From: Meyerozyma guilliermondii
Taxonomy: Eukaryota
Length of the DNA: 64,000 nucleotides
Direction of reading: 5' to 3'
Assembly (NCBI GenBank): GCA_051546255.1
Contig: CP128819.1
Span: forward strand, 744,001 to 808,000
The notes below the pieces were generated by a model, which was given only the letters and a program-made list of their open reading frames with translations, searched no databases and was not told the origin of the DNA. Both the position numbers and the translations under genes were made by a program. Below are positions 57,321-64,000 of this stretch, piece by piece. How positions within the stretch are numbered: the stretch's first letter is position 1; each line of letters opens with the position of its first letter.

Positions 57321-57699
57321 TCGATGGATCCACTGTTGGGATCTCCCAGGGTAAACCAGTGCATTTCTTTGGCCATATACCCGGATGATAAGTGGCGCAA
57401 TTAGGACACAGACTAGACTCACAATCTCCACTATTACCGCAGATCCTGCCACAGGGCAGTCTGTTTGGAAGATCATCACGAGCTCTCACCTCCCATGGCT
57501 TACCAGTGCATCTCTTTGTTCCCCCAAGATAACTGGCGCAATTAGGGTAAGCTGTAAACTCACAATCACTAGGATTATTGCAGAGCCTGTTAGGCTCATC
57601 TAGACCATGATTAATTGCCTGCGCTTCTTGGTTAGTGTTTCCACAAAGCGAGGTACATGAAAGGTAGCTCGTCAATGCTAAAATTGCTTTTAAATTCAT
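57295..57699 (-). CDS. Putative secreted cysteine-rich peptide precursor with two tandem knottin-like modules (134 aa)
   Basis: ATG at 57699 and a hydrophobic N-terminus. Internal duplication R.C.N..DCE....PNCA.Y..G...K.CTG.PWE is kept in frame. Confidence 0.7.
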   Translation of the reverse strand: MNLKAILALTSYLSCTSLCGNTNQEAQAINHGLDEPNRLCNNPSDCEFTAYPNCASYLGGTKRCTGKPWEVRARDDLPNRLPCGRICGNSGDCESSLCPNCATYHPGIWPKKCTGLPWEIPTVDPSSANSICFE

Positions 57700-57807
57700 A
57701 GTAATAGAAAGAAATAAGTAATTTAATTCCGTTTGTGCCATTTATATGTGTTAGTGCATGCAGGACCCTGGTGATACCGGATGCAGGATCGAAGGAAATG
57801 GGACGAA

Positions 57808-58030
57808 AACATCAAAATTTGCAACCAATTTTGCGAGTACTCCACTGGAATTTGATGGCAGCTGTGCCTTGTTAATATCCACGTTTCACTTTAGGGCTTT
57901 ACAGCTACCTGGAATTATGCAGAAATACTTCAAGATGTAGTTCTGACTTACGATGCATATAAACCAGTACACTTTAAGTTATACCGATCTCTATTACGGA
58001 TCTTTAATCAATACAAATATAGTAACGGCT
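57808..58030 (+). repeat. Diverged direct repeat, copy B
   Basis: Same ordered blocks as copy A; period ~716 bp. Confidence 0.85.
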
Positions 58031-58109
58031 ATATGGGGGCATTCATTAAATAAAGGAAGGTCCTATGGCAAAAACTTCCATACGTTTTGCCATGTTTCTT
58101 CACGATAAG

Positions 58110-58521
58110 TTAGAAAAAAAAAGCAATATATAGTTGGGCAAGGAGAATTAGCATCTGCACAATTATAGTTCCAGTTGACCAATTCATAAGCTGAGTGGGT
58201 TCTGGCTCATCAATAAGATGTCTTCCTTCAAGCCACTTGGCTGAATCATAAGCCCCAAGACCAATATAAATGTAGAATGTGTCGTTTTCATAGGATGTAG
58301 GTCTTGTGTGGAAATTGTCGTCAAAGGCCAATTCAAAAGTGCTCAGCAAGTTTACAAGCAAGACTCTTGTCAAGCTCATAGCAATTATAATCAATTTTAT
58401 TGGCTTGAACGAGAGATATAACTGTTGTTGTGTTATGCAGATATGCCACTAATTTTGAAATAGGCATGACCATCGGTAGTGAAATGCAAGTATAAGCATG
58501 TTTCAGCAAGCGAAGCAACAC
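58110..58521 (-). pseudogene. Frameshifted relic of an unknown gene family (paralog of 59130-59488 +)
   Basis: AYLHNTT (one frame) and MSLT..SYEN..IGLGAYDSAKWLE..EPT..STGTIIVQ (another frame) align with TYLHITN..MSSN..TYEN.ISLEAYEYATKWLK..EPT..STRTRIAQ of the opposite-strand copy. Confidence 0.5.
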
Positions 58522-59129
58522 TAGACTACCTCGTACTCGATAACGTTCGGATTGGACCTAAATGGGTCAAACGAAAATGCATTTAGGCTAAAAATTGACA
58601 TTCTTTTGCCATCATTTTGCCAAACAATTGACATTCTTCCTACACTTACCCTAACCTCACCGTACACTTACTTCGCTAAGACGTCTTCAACAACAACCGC
58701 CGTACCGACTCGACATGTTCCCTTAAAATTTTAAAGTACATGAAGTCACCCCTGGCAGTCCAGAACGGAATACGAAATTGAAGGGGCCAATACTAATGCT
58801 CAACACTTGAATAAGAAGTAACTCTAAATTATATACGCACCGATATATGTGCGACCGAAAAACCAAACTAGCAGCGGAAATGGTTGCAAATAATATCGAG
58901 AATGTTCGCTAGGAAAGCAGACAGGAGGTGAAAGGTTAATGATCGTTGTGAATTAATCAAGTTTCTGCATACTTGCAACCAAGAAATTGGGCCTGCCTTC
59001 CGACACTCAAAATATATTCTCATGATCGTATATTTGGTCCGGTTGCGTTCGAAATTCTATGTTCTCAAAGTCATTTACAAATACGTGGTTTGTCCGCGAG
59101 GATATATGTACGAAGAGGTACCAACCTAA

Positions 59130-59488
59130 TGAGCTACAGAAACTACTTACAAGCATATATCTCATATAATTCCTAAAATCATATCTAACGTCCCGATTAA
59201 GTTGGTCCAGTGGTTGGAACATACCTGCATATCACAAACTTAGATTCAGAATTAGTTACTGATAAGCTTGTTATGAGCTCAAACGAAATCTCAAATATTA
59301 ACGCATTGATGAAATACTTTCAGTTTTCGCCTCGATCTGTTATTACATACGAAAATTGTATTAGTCTAGAAGCTTATGAGTATGCAACCAAGTGGCTTAA
59401 AGAAGTAGATCTTGGCATTGAGGAACCCACTGGGCATGAGTCAACTAGAACTAGAATTGCTCAGGCTACAAGTTTTGCATCTAAATAA
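59130..59488 (+). pseudogene. Relic or short ORF of the same unknown family
   Basis: GTCAACTAGAACTAGAATTGCTCAG matches GTCAACTGGAACTATAATTGTGCAG of the minus copy. CCAAGTGGCTT and GAACCCACT are also shared. There is no clean upstream ATG in frame before 59273. Confidence 0.45.
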
Positions 59489-59713
59489 TTGGTATTTTGG
59501 CAGGTGGTACTGACCGTCCTTTCCGTCTACAGCTCTTTTACAGAGCTTATCGTGAAAGAACATGGCGAAAGAAATGCAGTTCTAAGTCATGGAGTATGCT
59601 ATAACGAATGCACCCATTCAAACGTATAGTTGCATTGATTAAAGGTCCACGTAAGAGAGATCAGTATAACTTGGTCAAATTGACTTGTGTACGTCCTCTA
59701 TATACGTAAGACC

Positions 59714-59762
59714 TACTCTTATAAATGGCTGCAAATTTGTAGTTAGCGGCTTGCATATAGCT
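59714..59762 (-). repeat. 49-bp inverted repeat, right arm
   Basis: Partner of the left arm at 56761-56809; contains TATAAAT on the + strand. Confidence 0.85.
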
Positions 59763-60120
59763 TAAATTCAAGTCAAAAAAATATGTGGATACAAAGAGAT
59801 CGGGTACGGGCTGAAGGTGAACTCAAGTTGATTCATTGAAGATCTTCAGTAACTCTGGTCCATACAATATCGTCAACAAATATCATTTGGTCAGGGTCCA
59901 ATAAGTTACGGTGTGCGAAACACAATTTGAACCGGAACCATAGTTAAAGGTAGTGGAATTACCCTAGCATTTTCTGATACTCCCATCAAACACCAACACT
60001 GAGTATTATCAATGACTAGTTCAGCTGATGAGCGTCAATCGAGGCTCAAGTTAGCTAAATAACGATAAAATACGTCGTAAATTGGCGGGCAATACTTCTT
60101 AACGTGTATAGAATATATGT

Positions 60121-60168
60121 GTGTCCGGTTATGTTCGGTTATGTGCGGTCATGTCCGGTCATGTCCGG
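60121..60168. repeat. Five tandem 10-bp units RTGTNCGGTY
   Basis: gtgtccggtt atgttcggtt atgtgcggtc atgtccggtc atgtccgg. Confidence 0.85.
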
Positions 60169-61027
60169 AGATCAACCTCTTTATTCATTATTCGTGTCTG
60201 GGGTTCGGGCGTATAAATGTGACCGAAAATACCAGTGAATTGAAGGCGCGCATATAATTGTACAAAGAATAATTAGGACATAAATTTCGTTAATATCTTA
60301 GTTCCTTGGATTCCAGTCCATCTTCTGGCCCCCACTTGAATTTATTATCACGTGGACTATATTTGCCTCTAAATAATTCATAAAGATGCACTTTTAGTTA
60401 ACTAAATAATAGCAAAAGTTCGAAAATTTACTGCTAAACACTGATAAAAACTACTTATATTTCCTGAATGAACCGCGATATGCATTTGGTCCTCGACCAG
60501 ACTCATAACTATAGAGACACCACATGATGTCATATAAACCTGGCCATTCAAAAACCGATGCTTTGTGGTCGGGAGTTCCGAGATCCACGGCTCTTCCAGA
60601 TGCTTACCTCCGATAATCCCAGCCGCCCAATGGGGCTTATCTTCCGATCCTGTATCCAGCATGTGACGTAACGAATCATGTCGCAAATTGACGCAACATA
60701 TAGCCGATCAACAGGCACAGATTGTGGAATAATAATCGCTTGATGAACATTTGGTATGTATGTATGTGAGTGTAGTTTGGGCGGTGTAGCTTTCTGCAAG
60801 ATATCAGATCCGTTTCTTCCGAAATTGTGGGGTGTCTTATCTGCTATTGGCTAATGTAGTGTGCGCCCCGAAGAGGGCTTCGCACCTGGGCAGTGTTACC
60901 ACATTGAAACTTGCGGCAAAACAAATTGGTGTATTTATTGTTGTTGTGAGCCTTGGTTTGCACTAGATTTTCCTTGCATTTTACTTTTCCAGAAGGCTTT
61001 CCGTTGGCTTTTAATCAACTCGGCAGA

Positions 61028-61067
61028 CTTCCATTCAGTTTCGGGCGGCTTTCATTCAGTTTCGGGC
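61028..61067. repeat. 21-bp-period tandem duplication CTTYCATTCAGTTTCGGGC
   Basis: Two 19-nt copies with one mismatch, upstream of the second MNN4-like gene. Confidence 0.8.
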
Positions 61068-61316
61068 CGACTTTTCGCCGATTCGTGTGTCTTTTTTTTT
61101 ACCTTCACCATCGCATATCCCTCAGCGATTATTGTCCAATGGGCCATCTTGGAGCTCCCTATCGCCTATTTATCGCTAAAAGATTGCATTAATTATCGAA
61201 ATCATCACTAAAAGCTCCCCAAATACGTTCTTAATCCGGAGTTTTTTTGCAACATTGAAAAGTCTTGGCTCGCTTGCGCCGATACCATTTTCAGAAAAAG
61301 GTCCCAATTTTCGTCC

Positions 61317-63707
61317 ATGATCGTTCTTTTCCGAAGGAGACGTAACGTGGTGGCCCTAGTGGTTATCCTATGTCTTTGCTCCTTTGTTTTTCTTCACCCG
61401 TCACTCCTTTCGTATATCAGTCCCAACTACTTTGATCGATTGGTGGACCAACTTCCGTTTTCAGATCTGTTGGCTCAAGCGGTGGATTTTAGTGCCAAAG
61501 ACAATTTCGACACCTTTGTGTTTCCAGAATATTTGACCAGCAGAGATGGTCTGGATGTGTTGAAATATACCATGCCTTTTGACCCGAGGTTCACCATGGG
61601 TCTCGTTCTCGATCATTTGGCCAACCAAATCGAGCAATCCAAATCTGTGTACGAAGTTCACCTTCCATACTTCCATTGGGCTGACTACACCGACTTATCA
61701 AACCTTAACAAGTTTTACTTTTCTGCGGAAAAAGACAATTGCAAAAATCTTTTCGATGTCACCACTCCGAGTCAAAGCCGGAACAGAAAACAGGAGCTCG
61801 TGCAAACAGAATTGTATTGCCTTGACCAGTCGCAGCTTGAAGATGCATCTCTGGATTCAGCATTCAGCGAAGATCAACGCAGAGCATTCCAGTTAGCGAA
61901 AACTAGACCTGTTTCTACCGGGTGGTATGTTTTCGACTACGGCGGCCGGTCCAAACTGTCGTTGAAAATCTTGCATGCCAAGTCGTACCTCGAGAATTTC
62001 ATGGCTCCTCCACGGAATCTTGTGCTTCTTATTCCCACTAAAAAAGGACCAGCTTCTATTTCCGTTCCTGTCAACCAGGACATTTCTGGCCGGGAAAGAA
62101 TCTCTCAAACCTCAATTCTTGAAGGTTACTTGACAAACTTCAGACAGAATTCGCCAGATGCTCCATCGGTGAACGTGGCTAAGCAATTGCAAAGAGTGAG
62201 TGAGTTGGTTCCAAAGTATGCCAAGGTTGCTCCTTTGCCCCATACAAAGCCATTGAAGCACGAGGACTTCACGGCAGACTGTGGAACCATCATAAACTCC
62301 TTAGGAGACGGCATGCTGGAGTCTGTACAATCGTATAAGCAGTCGTTGGAATACTCGCTTGCTGAAACAAATCCGCCCAAATACTTTAAAGAGGCCAAGA
62401 TTCTCAAAAAGGAAGCGAATTGGGCTCATGGTGGACACTATGACTGGCGGTTTTTCGCCGGGTTGATCAACTTCACCGACAGACAACCACCAGTGTTGCA
62501 TGGCCTTTTACAAGCGTATCTTAAATTTGCAAATGCAAATAATATAACCACTTGGGTGGCTCATGGATCGCTTTTATCGTGGTACTGGAACGGCGTAGCT
62601 TTCCCATGGGATAATGATATCGATGTCCAGATGCCCATCCAGGACCTTCATCGTCTTTCACGAGAGTTCAATCAGAGCATGATCGTTGACCTTGGTGGAG
62701 AGTCTGACCAGGAAGTAAGATATGGTCGATACTTTCTCGATTGTGGAACATTCATAAGTCATCGCACGGCTGGAAACGGGAACAATAATATTGATGCTCG
62801 GTTCATCGATGTCGACACCGGCTTTTACATTGACATTACTGGGTTGGCAATTTCTGACGAAAGGGCTCCCACTCGTTATAACGATTTACTTCCGGCTGAG
62901 CTCTCACGACAATCTTTGGATGCCACCATCACCGAACAGAGCCGTAACGAGTATCTCCAGGCCTATAATTGTCGGCATCATCATTTTGCCCGGCTCAATG
63001 AGCTCAGTCCATTGAGTTTATCTGCGGTTGAAGGTCAATTTGTCTACGTTCCTGCTAACTATGAGCGGGTACTTATAAACGAATATGGAGTCAAGGGAAT
63101 CATCAATGAAGTATTCAAAATCTTCACGTTTGTGCCTCGATTCCAACTCTGGATACCGACGCGAGACCTCAGGCGTTTCACCAATAACCACGACATAAAG
63201 TGGTCAGACGAGCAAACATGGAAGTATTGGAGTGAGCAAGACCATATCCAGTTTTTGGCCCAGAATGAAGATTTATTGACGGAATACGTAGCCACGAGGA
63301 AGATGACACTGTTGCATAACGAGGAAATGAAGTTGCGGAGAAAACGCAAAAAGAGTGAAAAGTTTGTCGTTGACTGTATTGAAAAGGATCCACTGTTGAC
63401 CAAATTAAGACATGATTATTTTTCGTTTTTGGTATCTAATCATGACTATGACTTCCGCATTCGAGATGACGAGGTTAAGAGACAATATAAAGAGCTCGAT
63501 CAGGCGCTAGCAGAGCAAAATCTCGACAAAGTGGAGGAAACTACAAAGACAATTGAGTCGGAAACGGCTGCAAATAATTTACCGGAAACCGACCAAGAAC
63601 CCGAGAACATAGATTCTCTTCCAAAAATACAATCCCCAGAGGAACAAAATGACGCTACAATGAGAAGACCAGTTCCCAACCCAGTCGACTCAAACCAATC
63701 TTGGTAA
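61317..63707 (+). CDS. MNN4-family LicD/fukutin-domain protein, second paralog
   Basis: Type II TM segment. Motifs PFDPRFT, FHWADYTD, HYDWRFF, HGSLLSWYWNGVAFPWDNDIDVQ, GRYF and NNIDARFIDVDTGFYIDIT. Confidence 0.9.
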   Translation: MIVLFRRRRNVVALVVILCLCSFVFLHPSLLSYISPNYFDRLVDQLPFSDLLAQAVDFSAKDNFDTFVFPEYLTSRDGLDVLKYTMPFDPRFTMGLVLDHLANQIEQSKSVYEVHLPYFHWADYTDLSNLNKFYFSAEKDNCKNLFDVTTPSQSRNRKQELVQTELYCLDQSQLEDASLDSAFSEDQRRAFQLAKTRPVSTGWYVFDYGGRSKLSLKILHAKSYLENFMAPPRNLVLLIPTKKGPASISVPVNQDISGRERISQTSILEGYLTNFRQNSPDAPSVNVAKQLQRVSELVPKYAKVAPLPHTKPLKHEDFTADCGTIINSLGDGMLESVQSYKQSLEYSLAETNPPKYFKEAKILKKEANWAHGGHYDWRFFAGLINFTDRQPPVLHGLLQAYLKFANANNITTWVAHGSLLSWYWNGVAFPWDNDIDVQMPIQDLHRLSREFNQSMIVDLGGESDQEVRYGRYFLDCGTFISHRTAGNGNNNIDARFIDVDTGFYIDITGLAISDERAPTRYNDLLPAELSRQSLDATITEQSRNEYLQAYNCRHHHFARLNELSPLSLSAVEGQFVYVPANYERVLINEYGVKGIINEVFKIFTFVPRFQLWIPTRDLRRFTNNHDIKWSDEQTWKYWSEQDHIQFLAQNEDLLTEYVATRKMTLLHNEEMKLRRKRKKSEKFVVDCIEKDPLLTKLRHDYFSFLVSNHDYDFRIRDDEVKRQYKELDQALAEQNLDKVEETTKTIESETAANNLPETDQEPENIDSLPKIQSPEEQNDATMRRPVPNPVDSNQSW

Positions 63708-63833
63708 GACAAAATAGCATTATAGTAATACATTGAAATTGTCTGCAGTGCGGGGCCGGCTTGTCTGCAGTCCGCCAATCATCGTTCGCAATTCTCACGC
63801 CATAAACTTCATTCTTGTAGACAACCCATCACG

Positions 63834-64000
63834 ATGTTTAGAAGAGCCGGCCAACGCACCTTTGCCCGCTTCAACTCCTCTGGTCACGGTCATGTGTCCA
63901 AGTACATTTCCGAGTCCGCTTTCCCACATGTGGACAAAAAAGCTGGTGAAGAATTCATCAAAAAACAATCGGAAAAAGCTCAACATTCCGAAGGAATTAC
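63834..64000 (+). CDS. COX13: Cytochrome c oxidase subunit VIa precursor, 3'-truncated by the window
   Basis: MFRRAGQRTFARFNS presequence, then AFPHVDKKAGEEFIKKQSEKAQHSEGIT resembling Cox13 AF...DK.A...F........H. The frame is open to the window end. Confidence 0.7.
   Translation, partial: MFRRAGQRTFARFNSSGHGHVSKYISESAFPHVDKKAGEEFIKKQSEKAQHSEGI

Noticed and set aside
57092..58030. Direct repeats as solo LTRs or an LTR retrotransposon
   Set aside because: No TG...CA termini, primer-binding site, polypurine tract or gag/pol remnants seen.
60121..60168. Short repeat arrays as CRISPR
   Set aside because: Eukaryotic context, no unique spacers and no cas genes.
60626..60639. CCCAATGGGGCTTA resembling the RNase MRP CR-V motif
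   Set aside because: No matching GAAAGUCCCC-type CR-I or P4 partner found upstream.
63795..63986. Minus-strand 63-aa ORF at the window end
   Set aside because: Antisense to the more convincing COX13 frame.

Overview
Eukaryotic, gene-dense budding-yeast chromosome segment. The organism almost certainly uses the CUG=Ser code: conserved Ser positions are encoded by CTG, so CTG 'L' residues in the supplied ORF track should be read as S. Positions 1-55.2 kb carry ordinary housekeeping genes: MDN1 3' part, PTC7-type PP2C, ARO1, CCA1, AGE1, SPS1, a divergent TEA-domain factor, EXO1, CGI121, TFB3, PFA5, RBA50, SNA2, YIM1-like, STE11, NNK1-like, STL1, DCR2, COY1, spliced RPL21 and RPS9, DPH6, an MNN4/LicD gene and NTA1. 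Features absent from the ORF track are a tRNA-Arg(UCU)-tRNA-Phe(GAA) dimer, a second tRNA-Arg, a spliced INO4-like bHLH gene, a compact snR84-like H/ACA snoRNA and the 5' end of COX13. The most unusual part is a ~6 kb island without conserved genes (55.2-61.3 kb) between NTA1 and a second MNN4/LicD paralog. It holds a small secreted-type ORF with two tandem cystine-knot-like modules resembling the metallocarboxypeptidase-inhibitor pattern, flanked by diverged direct repeats. It also holds a 49-bp inverted repeat pair, a head-to-head pair of decayed paralogous ORFs and a small hydrophobic ORF. Gene names come from my recognition of motifs and recalled synteny, not from database searches.
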